Positions 51,576-64,000 of a stretch of 64,000 bases of DNA are shown here, in pieces. The DNA is from Sminthopsis crassicaudata (Eukaryota), in assembly GCF_048593235.1 (NCBI RefSeq), contig NC_133619.1, positions 543,643,644-543,707,643 on the forward strand, given 5' to 3'. The position numbers were made by a program, and so were the translations under genes. Within the stretch, counting starts at the first letter, position 1. Each line of letters begins with the position of its first letter. Below the pieces are notes generated by a model, which did no database searches, was not told the origin of the DNA, and saw nothing but the letters and a program-made list of their open reading frames with translations.

Positions 51576-52691
51576 ATGAAAAGGCCATAAAACAACAGTT
51601 TAATAAATCTTCTGACATCAAAGCAAGCAATGTTTCCCCTTCACACATTATTTTAAAGCTAGGAGCAATGAGAAGAAATTCTAAAGAAAAAAAAAAAACT
51701 TTAAAAATAGATTTATCCCAAAGTGAAATGAGTAACTTGTGGTTGTAATAGGTTTTCTTTAGTTCTGTGGTCCTCAAGCAAAGATAGAATGAGTACAAAC
51801 CGGTTTATAAAGAATATTCTAATTTTAGAGATGAGTTAGAATAGTTAATCACTTGGGTGTTTTCCAGCATTGAAATTCTCTGATCCTATGGTAATACAAC
51901 CCTGGAATGTCCTCATCTTTGTAAAGGATAGGAAAGAGAAAACATTGATAGAAGAATTGCAAAAAACAAACCCCCAAATTCTAATTAAAACCCTCACTTG
52001 GTTTTATATAAAAAATATATTATCTGTTCTACTAATATAAAGAGGATACTACTGGCCCACTGACAGTAGGACATATGGATTGAGTAGTTTCCAAAAGTGG
52101 CAATGGGTTTATACAAATCCAGATCCCTGGTGACCACTAGCACTCATTTGTGAGATTAGCTAGTGAAGATTAAGAGCGTAGTCTTCTGCCAAAGAATTTC
52201 AAACACAGGAGAAAACACCAGCCTTTCTAGAAATCATACTGGCAATTCTAACTAAATGATATCATCCATTGGAAGCTAGCCAACAGATATCTGATTTATT
52301 TCACTTTTAACACTGACTATTTAAGGAAATATTTATCCTATCAATGTGTGAAGTTATCTACAATAATATATACCTTTAGCAAATTAATCCCATCCAACAA
52401 ACATTTTTAAGTGTTTACTATATGCAAAGAACTGTGCCAGGCATAGTGTCTACCCTAGTTTAGCTATGGCATGTGGGCAAATAACAATAATAAAAATAAT
52501 GCAGCATGGAATTGAAGAATTTAAGAGTTGGAAAGGACTTCAGTGGCCATGTACTCTAAACTATAATGAAAAGAAATCCCACCATAATTTAGTCAACAAG
52601 CAGGTAATGCAACTGCTAAAGACCCACAAAGAAGGTTATCACACCCTTTCTTTAAGCTGACTATTCCACTTTTGAATAACTCTAATTTTTA

Positions 52692-52940
52692 GGAAGGCAA
52701 CTAGGTGGCACAGTGGATAGAGCAGAAGTCCAGAGTCAGGAGGATCTAAATTCTAAGTCAGTCTCAGACACTTATAAGCTAGGACACCCTTAGCAAGTCA
52801 CTTAGTCCTATTTGTTTCAGTTTCCTCATCTCTAAAAATTAAATTGAGAAGGAATAGCTAATAACTCTAGTATCTTTACCAAGAAAACTCCAAATGAGGT
52901 CATTAAGGGTCAGTCATGATTGAAATAATTTAACAAAAAA
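52692..52940 (+). mobile_element. Mar1-like CORE-SINE
   Basis: GGCAACTAGGTGGCACAGTGGATAGAGC head, CORE, and an RTE-type tail. Confidence 0.85.
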
Positions 52941-52949
52941 TATCTAGGA

Positions 52950-54640
52950 TGTTGTTAGGGTTTTTTCTTGACATCAAAGTTATTTTTTCTTTGCATTTTC
53001 CATCCATTGTTCTTGGTTCTGCTCTCTGGTGCCAGCCAGAACAACTCTTATCCCTCTTCTACATATCAACTCTTCAGGTACTTGAGGATAGTTACCATAA
53101 TCCACCCAAGTTTTCTCTTCTTAAGGCTAACTATACCCAACCAAATATCAACTGAACTCAAAGACCATCACCATTACAATTTCTCTTTTGTGGGGGAGGA
53201 TAATAGGAAGATGGTGGAATAGATCAGTAAATGAAAGCTCTCCAGATTTCCCACATGCAAACAGAATAAATTTACATCTCAGGGCAAACATAGACTGGTG
53301 AAAGCTCGAGAAGACTTGGGGCAGAACAGGCGTCCTCCTAGGATTATCTGAGAAGATATGAAGAATTCACTTCAGGATCTGGATTAACCAGTGTGATTTA
53401 CACATACCTCTAGGCTAGCTCCACAGAAACACCAAAGTGGACTCCTGAGACTAGCTGGGATCCCAGGGAACCTCAGCCTGAACCACAAGAACTTTCACCT
53501 CCCCCAACAGCCTGGGGATTGGATGTCTGAATCTGGGAAAACTGAGGGAACCTTTGTTGATTAGGAATTCCAGGCCCAGCTGTGCTGCCCTGACATGGTT
53601 CTGGTAAAGAAGAAACCAGCACATGCAATGAGTGAAGAAGCAGTGGGACAGGGATGCTGCTGGCTGTGAGCATTTGCAAGAAGAGGAAGATGGAGTTGTA
53701 GCTAGAGGCACAATCCACCCACCCCATGATTAGAGGTGCTTACACTAGTACTTTTCATTTTTAAAAAATGAAATGGTAAAGAAGAAAGAACCCAACCACA
53801 GAAACTTTCTAGAGAAGTTCATATTAAGAAGAGGACATGAAGTAAAAGTAGCCTCTTCTATCCCAAAGAGTAATACTAAATGGTTACCTACCCAGAAAAA
53901 TTTATAGAAGAACTCAGAAAAGACATCAAAAATAAAGTGAGAGAGAATGAGGAAAAACTTAAATAAATGAAAACCATCCAATAAAAGCAAGAAAACTATA
54001 AAAAAGATGTTAACCAACTAGAAGAAGATACAGAGTCTTAAAGAAGAAAGTAATTCTTTGAAAATTAGAATTGGTTAAAAGGAAGCCAATGAAGCTTGTA
54101 AAAAAAAGAAATAATAAAACATTTTCTCTTTTGTGGATATTCTCTAGTTTATTATTTCTTAAACAATGGGATTATTGAAGATAGAACTTCAGAGGAAATC
54201 TGATAAAAATGGAATATATTGGGACAATCACTTTCCTATTGTTGAAAGCTCGACCCTACTCCATATTGAGCCTGCTGTCCACTGAAACTCCAAGATCTTT
54301 CTCAGAACAACTGATATCTAGCTACTCTTCTCCCATCTTATATTTTTGAAGCTGATTTTTTGAACCTTAGTACCAATCTTTACATTTACTTCTACTGAAC
54401 TTTTGACTCATTAAATTCAGACCACTGCTCTAGCCTATCAAGATCCTTATGGATCCGTCTTGCCATACATCCTGCCATCTCAACTTGTTTCACCTGAAAA
54501 TTAAATGACAATTAATATCATTTAATTTTATCCAAGTCATTGATTAAAAAAGTAAATAAACAGCACAATCCCAAGCATAGATTCCCAGAATATGTCATGG
54601 AAATCTTGATATCGAACCATTAACAATGACCTTTTTTGTT
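52950..54640 (-). mobile_element. L3/CR1 relic interrupted by an L1 5' fragment
   Basis: Reverse L3 motifs on both sides of 53180-54136 (TTTTCTCTTCTTAAGGCTAAC; CTCCATATTGAGCCTGCTGTCCACTGAAACTCC). Confidence 0.7.
53194..54122 (+). mobile_element. 5'-intact, 3'-truncated L1 (5'UTR plus ORF1 N-terminus) with a 14-bp flanking direct repeat
   Basis: Starts GGGAGGATAATAGGAAGATGGTGG (L1 5'-end type), GC-richer UTR, then a degenerate coiled coil EELRKDIKNKVRENEEK. TTTCTCTTTTGTGG at 53180-53193 and 54123-54136. Confidence 0.8.
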
Positions 54641-55669
54641 TTAATTTGAAAAGAGGTTAGTCTAAAATTCTGAAGGGTTTTGAGTGTCAGATTAACAATT
54701 TGAAATTTTATTCAGCAAGCTATAAGGAGCCATTGAAGAGTTTTGAACAAAGTTGTCATACAGCTAAATCTATGTCTAAGACAAGTCAGTCTGGCAAGAG
54801 TTAGAAAGATGGATTAGAAATGGGAAGAGAAAGAAGTAGGAAAACCTCTTAGGACATTATTGAATTAGTTCAAGTTAATTGGTAATGAGACTCTGTACCA
54901 GCAGATGTAATTAATATAACTTGGTAACTGATTGAATGCAGGTCACTGATGAGAAGGAGAAAATAATGAACTTTAAAATAATGAAGGGTTATTAACTCCT
55001 GAAATTCCACTGAAATGCTCACATCAGTGATTGCTTTAATAATAGGAATTTTTTAGCCCCTCTGATGTTGAGAAGTTAGGTCAAAGCACAAGGAGATAAA
55101 ACTTTGATTCACAGCAAAAATAATGACAGAATGATGCCAAAATTATTTTTGCTAATTAAAGGTGCTAAAGGTAGTTTTTCACTTTCTGCAAATAGCAGAG
55201 CCAGGAAGGGTGAAATCCGAGAATGTTATCTTTGATCCTCACCCAAACAGAGAAGGCAAAAAGAGCTGTGCCTGTCTCCTCTCAGCACTTCCTTCAGACC
55301 TGGAAGATAGAAGATTAATTCAATAATTCATGTTCAACATGAGAAGGAGAAGCCAGTTTCTGATATTTAAACCTACAATAGCAAGAGCTAACAAGTTTGC
55401 CACAAACATAATGATCATGCATCAAAGAAGGAAAAAAACATATCCAGACAAAAAGAAGGCATTTATTTCAGAAATAGGAGAAAAATGCTAGCCTTCTGAA
55501 GTGTTGCTTATATACTACTGTTCTTCTTTCAACAGTACCACTTCAAAATCTATCTTCATTCACTGTTTGAAGTCCTCTTCCCCCACTAAAAGGTAGTGAT
55601 TTCCTTAATATCTATCCTTTTTCTTTCTTTGCTTCCTCAGATTCTAATTCCCTGTGTTAACTCTTTACT

Positions 55670-56161
55670 TTAAATTTTTAAATGTTATTGTTAGATTTTT
55701 TTTATTTTATATCACCTCTGTTTTCAAATATATCTCTCCCTATGCCCAACCAGTTACTATGCCATGTAACAAAGAATGAAAAATAAAGGAAGAAAAGTCA
55801 GTTCAATAAACCTAAACAACATATTAACCAAATTTGATTAGTGTGTATATGAAATCTCCTATACCCAAAAATCACAACCTCTAGAGAAAAAAAAAAAAAA
55901 GGTAAGGGAATCTTTGATCAGTATAATCATGATCCAATTTCCTTTTTTATTTGATTTGGTTTTTTTCCATTTACATTCAAAATATACAGTCATATATTTT
56001 GCTTTGCTTGTTCAGCTAGCTTCACTCTGCATTAGTTTATATGTCTTCCAATGCTTCTCTGAATTGTTCTCATTATTTTTTTCTCACAACACAGCATAAC
56101 ATATTCACGTGATTAAATTCGTTTAGGCATTCCCCTATTGGTGGCTTAGATTCTAGTTGGG

Positions 56162-56210
<49 letters not shown>

Positions 56211-56330
56211 GTATTGCCAAAAAAAGTGTTACTATAACTATTTCAAAGTACAATGGATCTTTTTCTTTGGTCTCCTTATGACATATGCCCACAACTGGGA
56301 TCTCTAGTTAGAGAATATGGACATTTTAGT
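55670..56330 (-). mobile_element. Old L1 3'UTR with a (GTTTT)n tract at about 56170-56210
   Basis: Reverse 3'UTR motifs (TTTTTCCATTTACATT, TTAGGCATTCCCCTATTGGTGG, GGATCTCTAGTTAGAGAATATGGACATTTTAG). Confidence 0.7.
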
Positions 56331-57004
56331 AAAATAATTTGATTCATTAAATCATCTTTCTTGATTCCTCTTATGGTGTTAATTATCCTTTTTTTAAAAA
56401 AGTCATTCTTTCTACAGATCTGACAGAACTCCTTCCAATCCATGGCACTCTGCAGTGCAATGTCTGAAACTCTCTATTAGAATTCCTAAGAATCTGAACA
56501 AATTTTTAAATTGTGGCTATTATTTTAATATATTGGAAAGGTATAGGAATGAATCGGTGGTTTCATTTCTATAAGAATGTCTCTATAAATGCAGCTTTGC
56601 ATCTTAGAGTCTGATTTCCCCAGAACATTGAAAGATTAAGTGATTGCAACAGAATCAACATGGGGGTAGGGAGAGAGAAAAAGTGAGGGAAGGGGAGAAA
56701 GGCTGTCTATATAAAAATGATTAAATTCTGCTAAACTCTAGTCTCTCTTCTTTGTCCAATTCTGTTCTTCCATTTTTATCTCTAGCTGAATAATTCATTA
56801 TCATCCCTAGGCAAATATAAAGAAAACCAAATTCATTAATAAAGAATTTCACATACTACAAAATTTCCCAGTCCCTGTAGAAGGAAATGTTCCAAGACTC
56901 ATTTTCTATAATTCACTGTCCTTAACTCTCAGCAAATAATCCATTACTATAATTTGTTACTTCTTTTCTCCCAGGGTTTTCTAACTTCTTAGAAATAGCT
57001 AAAT

Positions 57005-57245
57005 GTTGCTTTGACCCTGGAGTCAAGAAGCTCTGAGTTCAAATCTAGAGAAAGAAATTACTGGTTCAGTATCCCTGAGAAAAATATCCCTATCTCCCCA
57101 ATTTCCTTATGTGTAAAATGGGAATAAAAATAGAACCTACTTCCAAGGGTTGTTGTGACAATAAAATAAGTTAATGTTTGTAAAACAGTACATCTTTTAA
57201 AGTTAACTATATTATATTAATTTGTATAAATGCTAGTTATTACTA
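57005..57245 (+). mobile_element. MIR
   Basis: CCCTGGAGTCAAGAAGCTCTGAGTTCAAATCTAG...TTTCCTTATGTGTAAAATGGGAATAAAAATAGAACCTACTTCCAAGGGTTGTTGTG. Confidence 0.85.
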
Positions 57246-57499
57246 TCATTTCTCATCTTTGTCTTTTTCCATTTTAACAAATTTCTTATCCCATCTGGGA
57301 TAACAATATATTTTAATGAAAATAAAGGAAAATTAGCTACTTTTGTAATTTGTTTCTACCAAAGAGATTCAGAATGATGATGTGTATATAAGGCCAGTCT
57401 TGGAATCATAAAAGCCCAAAAATCAAGTTCTCCCTTTAATAGGTAATGGCCATGTGATCGTTGTTAAGTCCTTAGAATCATGCTGCCACAGATCAAAGG

Positions 57500-57880
57500 A
57501 TCTGAAAGATCCATCTCAGGAGATTAAATTTTACATTAAGGTACCAATGATATACCTGGAGTAAAAGAATAGCATGATCAGTCTCCGCATGAGAAAAACA
57601 AGTTTGACAACAGTATGGTAGAGTAATTAAAATGGGAAGGAGTACAATCAGGAAAGCTTCTAATGAGGTTGTCACACTAGACTGGTGATGAGGCCCTACA
57701 AGGTTCAGTGATGAGAGTCTGGTATCTGATTGCATATGAGATAAAAGGAGGGAGGAGAAGTAAAAAAGTAACAAGGTAGTCTGGGTGAATGGTGATACCC
57801 AAGACAGAAAAAAAAAATGAATTGTTATAAAGAGAGAAAGTATAACATAGAAATGAAGTATGAGTCAAATTGCAATTTAT
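57500..57880 (-). mobile_element. L2 fragment
   Basis: Purine-rich reverse L2 (GGAAAGCTTCTAATGAGGTTGTCAC...GGGTGAATGGTGATACCC). Confidence 0.55.
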
Positions 57881-57889
57881 CATCTAAAA

Positions 57890-58117
57890 CAATGGTTCCC
57901 AAAGTGTGGTCTGGGGGCTCCTAAGAGTGCCTACAACCCTTTCAGGGAGTTTATGAGATCCACATAATTTTTCAAAATAGTACTAAGACATTTTCATTTC
58001 TAATATAATAAATATCGATAAGTATAGCCCATTTCAAAAAGATAAGATAGAAGGAGGTTCTCGGTAATTCTAAAGGGAATAATGGAGTCCTATGACCACA
58101 AAGCTCAAGAATTGTTG
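57890..58117. mobile_element. hAT-Charlie-type MITE (228 bp)
   Basis: Degenerate TIRs CAATGGTTCCCAAA / CTCAAGAATTGTTG; 8-bp flanks ATCTAAAA / GTCTAAGA resemble the Charlie NTCTAGAN target. Confidence 0.75.
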
Positions 58118-60574
58118 GTCTAAGACAATAAATCAGAGATGAGTTGCTGAGCTATAATATTAAAAAGAGTTTCACACTGGAATTTCTCTATGCTTAAAAA
58201 ATAAATTCACAGATGTAGACAATACTAAGCCAGAATCTCTACCAGAGCAATTTTAATATCTTTCCTCCATTTTCAGAAAATAATTACATTAAATGACTAA
58301 AACAAAGTCTCCAGTCAGAATTATTTTGCCCTTCTGAAATGCTCAAAATCCCTTCAACAACCTATGGAGTAATTTCAAAGATAATATTTTTGTTTGAAAT
58401 TTCTTTGAGTTGGTGAAATATAAATATGGATTTTGGGGGGGACAAAGAATTGTGAGATATCCTATTAAACACATTAGTAAAGACATCTTCAATGAAGGAT
58501 ATATTGTACATACTAAGGACATTGCTTACTCTATCCCCATACCCAATATGGTAATATTGTTTCCTATATATAAGTTCTTAAATTCTTGATAATTCTTGAT
58601 GTAATTGAAGATAATGATACAGTAGTAGTATGACTTGATAACCCTGATCTAGTCATTTGTAATTTTTTAAGCCAAATTGCATTGCAGCTTCAGATCATCT
58701 AAATCATATAAAACTCTTTCTCTATAGGAAAGATAGATAGCAACTTCAACATCTCAACTGAAGAACTTCAGGACAATTATCAACATTAGTGTAGAACTTT
58801 TTTTTTTTATGTTGCCATAAAAGTGACGGAAGTCAATTAGGTCTAGTACTTTATTAATGTTCTCCACAAATCATGTTTATGGCAAACTTCATATCTACAT
58901 TGATCCTAGGATGTGCCATTTGGAAAGGCAAGTTTTGATACCCTCATATTATGGTGTTTCAGATACTTCTGGGGTAATTAATTTTTATTTGTACTGTGAT
59001 GAATTCAAGCAAAACTCCTAAATTTGTCTGCCCAATTATTGATTCTAGGGTTAGCCAGCCTCTGCAGCAAGCTTGGTTTATGTCACTGATTTGATCAAAG
59101 CTTTAATGAAATTGCTGCATGGAAGAAGTTACTGGATTATTAAAAAGAAAGCTGAAAAAATAAATTAGTGCCTAGGTTTGAATCTCAAAAAAAGAAAAAT
59201 AGGAGCCTTCTGGTTCTTTTTGATTGTCTATTAATTTCTCCTGATCAAGCCCCATGTGGCATTGTTCTGACAAATTTCACTGAAGTGTGTTTTTGTTCCT
59301 GCAAATTAGTAAAGCAAAGTCTTGTATGAGATTTCCCTAATGGGACTTTGCATCCCACTGTTCTTTATTATTATTTTAAGGGAAGAAGGTTTTTGTCATT
59401 CTCATGACGACTGGTTGGGTTAGCTGGGGTTCTTTTATGGATATCTCTGTATATAACCCAATAGGAGTTAGGAAGAACACACACTGTGATGAAGTTCCAC
59501 AAATGCTCATCCACCACTAATTTTTTGGATTAGGGTCTTGTAAAATTCACAAAGAAACCTAAATGGAAGAGTGAATATAGATTTTAGCAAACAATGTAAC
59601 TTTCTCTTCCTTTTTGAGCTGAAACATTACCAACCTGGGTTCCATATGACTCTTGAAATGCACACTTCTTATGATGCATTTGGGGAGGATTTCTCAGTCA
59701 TTTCCAATCTTATTCATTTTTGGAGGAATACAGTAACTGCCCCAAATAGAAATGCAGAATGCTTAATGAAAATGAAGCTATTGATTTGAAATATATTCAC
59801 AGATTTCTGATAACTTTGCCCCCTCCCTCAAAGAAAAGAAATAGTTGCAGAGAGTGGAGATGTCCCTGCTGACTTTTTTTTTTAAAGTAAATGGAGGCAC
59901 ATGGTGATTATGGCTAGCTGTCAATCAGTGATCTGATCCTCTTCTGGATATAGTTTTGCTTAGCTTTTTTGATCTCTTTGACTCATTCCAAAGGTCTGAT
60001 TTTAGCCTTGGTTCTGCTCCATTATAACAATCTCACTTTTTAGAAGAGCCAGCCAGCAGACCTCATTCCAAGGACCTGCTGTATCTTATATTATAGTCCT
60101 CCTTCCCTAGGACACTAGCTTTTGATTCTTACCTTTATTCTGATAACAGCTTAAAGAACTCTACTCCTCATACCTGATGTCTAGTTCTCTTCCCCAAGAA
60201 AATGGATAGTTGTTAAACCATGCCTGCCAAATGCCAATGTCTGGCCGTGACACTAAATGTCTGAATTTCAACCTTTTTTTTTTTAATTTGATCATTAAAA
60301 TCTTGGCACAGACATAGCTATGGGGAACACATATTTCTATCATTGAAGAACAGCTTGCTGCAAATAGGCAAAGAATCAGAAGAATCAGGACTGGAGGATC
60401 ATAGATTTAGTGCTGAAAGGAACTTAGATGTTACTTGACCTGGCCTATCAACTCTTGCTCTGACTGTTAAGTTCAATGGTAATGGCTGACGCTGCATAGG
60501 TTGTGTTAAATTTGGGTAGCATTTCCATATGCCTCTAGTTTGCTTTGATTTTTGAATATAAAAATTATGTATAA

Positions 60575-60800
60575 GACATAGTGCAGTGTAGTGGACACAG
60601 AATCAGTCTCAAAGACAGAGAGACCTTATTTTCAGTGCTGCACTCATATTTACGTACCATGTAAACCTGAACAAATCCCTTTATTTCTCAGTGTCATTAA
60701 CAACTCCCTAAGATTATAAATTGCAGAGAGGATGCTGACCTGCATTGTTAGAGGGAGTTTCCTCATTCAGTAGTCCCTTCTACTAATAAAATCAGGTTAA
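60575..60800 (+). mobile_element. Marsupial CORE-SINE (MdoRep1-like tail)
   Basis: CTAAGATTATAAATTGCAGAGAGGATGCTGACCTGCATTGTTAGAGGGAGTTTCCTCA; same tail as the SINE at 41530-41625. Family name from recall. Confidence 0.7.
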
Positions 60801-60909
60801 CTCCCTATTACTAAGAAAATTGCCACAACAGTGGGGAAAAAATATGCATTTAATTTCCTTTTCAGAGATGAAAATTTCAGCTGAACAACATCATCACAAT
60901 ACATGAGAA

Positions 60910-63050
60910 AAAAAAAATAATTTCAGAGAACATCTAGTCTAACTCATAGTTGAGTAAGAATCCCATCTACAGAAGGGCAAAAAGTGATCATCCTCTTCTG
61001 ACTTCCATTGAGGAAGAAACTCTGCCTCCTTAGGCAGCCCTCCAATTACATTTTTGGATGCAATTAATTTCTAATATGTGCTTCTTTAAATGCAATATTC
61101 TTTCTTATTCTTTGCTATATTCATTCACTACTCCCCCATTCTGGGGCCATGAAAATATTTCTAGTACTTGAATATAACTATCATGTCCCTCTTCATTTTT
61201 TTCTTATCCAAGATAGACATACTCATTTCCTTCAACCAATCCTCATATGGAATGATCTCCAGTTCTCTCATCATCCTAGCTATTTGGAAGCACTGTAATA
61301 TGTCAGTATGCTTTCTAAGATACATGGATCAGAATGGAACACTATTCTCAAGATGTGGTCTACAAGGGGAAAGCACCAAAAGCAAATATAATCTTCCTTA
61401 TTCTTTATACAATTCCTCTTTTAAACAGTTTAAGACCCAAGCAGCTCCTTTGCCATACTGTTGATGCCTATTAAGTCAGGAGTCTACTTAAAATGCTGAG
61501 ATTGTTTCCACATAAACTATTGTTTATATATGTTTACACCATATTGTATTTATACAGTTGATTTTTTTTAACCCAAGTGTAAACTTTTATATTTATCCAC
61601 GTAAATTTAATTTTATTGGTTTCTGTCCGTCATTATAGTCTACTGAGAACTTTTTGAATCTTGGCTCTATTGTCTAATATATTAATTGTGCAAAAATTTG
61701 ATTAAAATGTGTCACCTTCATATTTTATCCAACTTTCATACAGACCATTTTGCAATCTTTCTGCTATCTTCATCCTACTTCTCCCACTGCCCAACCAGAT
61801 TAGCACCCTCTGCTATCATGGACCTTCACACCAAACTTCCAGAATTCATATTTCTAGAACCTGAGGTATTGAGTTGACCTATTTTCAGAATTTCCACCTT
61901 GAATTCCAATAAACTTATTTAATAACTGAGTAAATGCAAAACTGCCTATTCCAGATCTTAGACATTGCTTTAGTTTCCTAACCCATTCAGCAATTCAAAT
62001 AGGCCATCTTGTCCTGTGCTACTACTATTTCTTTTCCCTCTCGCCAAACAAAAGTTCCCTTCACTATTTTTTTATATGTGTTTATATGTTAAACATATGT
62101 GTTATTTTTTTCTATTAGAATGTAAATTTCATGAGAGAAATATTTATCATACTTTTTGTATTAATATACCCAGCATTCAGCATGGCAACATTTGAAAAAT
62201 CATTTTCCATAATTCATTCCTTCATCTATGCTTTCATCTAAGTCATTGATAAAAATATGAAATATAATAGGACCAACATAGATTCCTAGATTTCTCCATT
62301 AAAGATTACCTTTAGGGTTTATTAATTGCTATATGTCAATCTGCACAGATTAGCCTTGTTAAACTCACTCTGAGTTAATATAGATACATTTATTTATTTT
62401 TGGACCACTCTTTTTTCTGCACACCCTTATAGTACTTATAAGTACACAGCTTTAACAATCTCCCTTTTCTTTCTCATAATAATCAAGTCTTTTGAATTTA
62501 ATTTTTGAAAATTTTCCATCCTCTCAGATCCCCCCTAGAAACTTAGGCCATGTAATCTTTCCAATCTTTTTCCAAAATTTAATCAAGTTAACTCTTCCAA
62601 AATCTAAGTTGTTTGTCAGCCTTTCTGACATCTGGCACTTCTTTTTTCTGACTTCCTTTTAATTTTTCCACTATTATAGCAACTAGTCTCTCCTTATTGG
62701 TAGAAATGAGATCTAGCAGTTCCCTTGGTTGCTTCTTTCACCTTTTTAAGGTTTAAATTATAATTAAGGCCAGCCAAGAAATTATTAGCTGCTCTTCTTT
62801 TGGCAGAAAGAGACCTCTAGCAGATGTTGAGATAAGTCCCCTATCACAACTATATCATGCTTTCATGCCAGGTTTGTGATCTGTTTCCTGAACTCTTCAT
62901 CAATTTCCTTCTTCTGGTTAGTTATCCAGTAACTATTGCTATCCATATTTACAGTGACCATATGCCCCAAATTTTTGCAAAACTCCTGGTTTGAACAATT
63001 TTAGCCTACTGTCTCTATAAACGTGGAAATGCCAATATTTTGATAACAAC
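60910..63050 (-). mobile_element. Long degraded L3/CR1 with a nested L2 fragment at about 61760-62200
   Basis: Reverse L3 motifs (CTCATTTCCTTCAACCAATCCTCATATGG, AATGGAACACTATTCTCAAGATGTGGTCT, AAGTCATTGATAAAAATAT). Confidence 0.65.
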
Positions 63051-63104
63051 TTAATGAATCAAACATGTAAACTTCATATGAGCATTATATTAAATACACA
63101 CACA

Positions 63105-63110
63105 TATATC

Positions 63111-63174
<64 letters not shown>
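63105..63174. repeat. (TA)n microsatellite
   Basis: Long, nearly pure TA run. Confidence 0.95.
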
Positions 63175-63178
<4 letters not shown>

Positions 63179-64000
63179 AATGAAAAACATAAAATATGGA
63201 ATAATCCAAATTTAAGAATTTTGTCCCTGGGGGTAGTGGGTGGGAAAAAAACCTCTTTAAGTAAGCATGCTCAGATTTGTCATTTCTTAGCCTCTACAGA
63301 ATCCTGCTGTTCCCAATGAAATGAATGTTAATAATTGGCATAATCTAGGTCTTCTGAATAGCAGATTTTAGAGATAGAAGGGGATAGAAGCAGGGATAGA
63401 ACTTTTTTTTTTTTATTAATGTCACGATTACTCTAAAAAATGTCTGAATACTGTAACTAAAGTGACGTGTGTCATATGTATTCATTGGAGCTTCTGTCAT
63501 ATAATTGGTCTGATTTAGACATGATAACATTTTTTTCACTATAAACCTCCACGAATCCCAGTGTTCAGAGATTCATTTAAATGACCTATAATTGTTCTAA
63601 TTTAGGGAACACAAACCAGAAAAAAAAATTTTGTCATGATCCTAAAACTATTATGCTTTATCCGCATTGAAATAGTTGGGATAGTAATAATATCTATATA
63701 ACTATTATATTTTGGAACATAAATATCAGTTAAGTCATTTGCTAATATCAAATCTAAAATGTATCTCCAAAAAAAGGAAAACTCTAAAATTCCAACATGT
63801 TTCCATTAATTAAATGAAAACTAACAGAGAAATTGAAAATCAAAGCCAGCCTTCTGAGTGCTTAGAGAAAGTACCCAGATACATTGCTTTATTGCAGGAT
63901 GGCGCTATTTCCCCTTCTGGTTTATCATGGATTACCTAAAATGTCACCTTTAAGAGTAATCTCTCTAGTTCTTAAGATCTTTCAGACTTTAGAGTTTCCC

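Noticed and set aside
53451-54017. ORFs 53451-53711, 53473-53727 and 53745-54017
   Set aside because: They are antisense frames of the L1 5'UTR and ORF1 relic.
60133-60357. Minus-strand exon candidate with a good acceptor and two donors
   Set aside because: It contains an A11 tract and gives a non-protein-like translation; there is no support beyond splice-like motifs.
63895-63907. CAGGATGGCGCTA as a YY1/CTCF site
   Set aside because: Only a partial match to either motif, with no promoter context.
1-64000. CRISPR arrays, rRNA, CpG-island promoter, non-retroviral EVE, or host-gene strand inferred from L1 orientation
   Set aside because: None was recognisable. L1s occur on both strands with only a modest minus excess, too weak to infer a host gene.

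Overview
AT-rich, strongly CpG-depleted vertebrate genomic DNA from a short-read scaffold with four N-gaps. The repeat complement (WSINE1-like, Mar1-like and WALLSI-like SINEs, MIR/MIR3, L2, L3/CR1, marsupial-type L1, class II ERV) points to an Australian marsupial, possibly a dasyurid such as Sarcophilus; this is an inference. I can support no host protein-coding gene, RNA gene, CpG island or CRISPR array. The window reads as gene desert or deep intron, and apart from the integrase frame the supplied ORFs are L1 relics, gap artefacts or chance. The only clearly protein-like sequence is a betaretrovirus-like integrase (24239-24937; DDE triad intact, one in-frame TGA) in an env-less ERV fragment that ends 45 bp into its 3' LTR. 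The most interesting observations are: five same-direction A/G differences, all after T, between that LTR start and a related solo LTR at 33273-33648; a 5'-only L1 flanked by a 14-bp direct repeat; an isolated exact 42-bp duplication next to a candidate 22-nt micro-exon; and several motif-dense unique stretches that may be enhancers. I found no convincing evidence for a new biological system. Repeat family names come from recalled consensus sequences, not a database search. Boundaries without a TSD are approximate (tens of bp).
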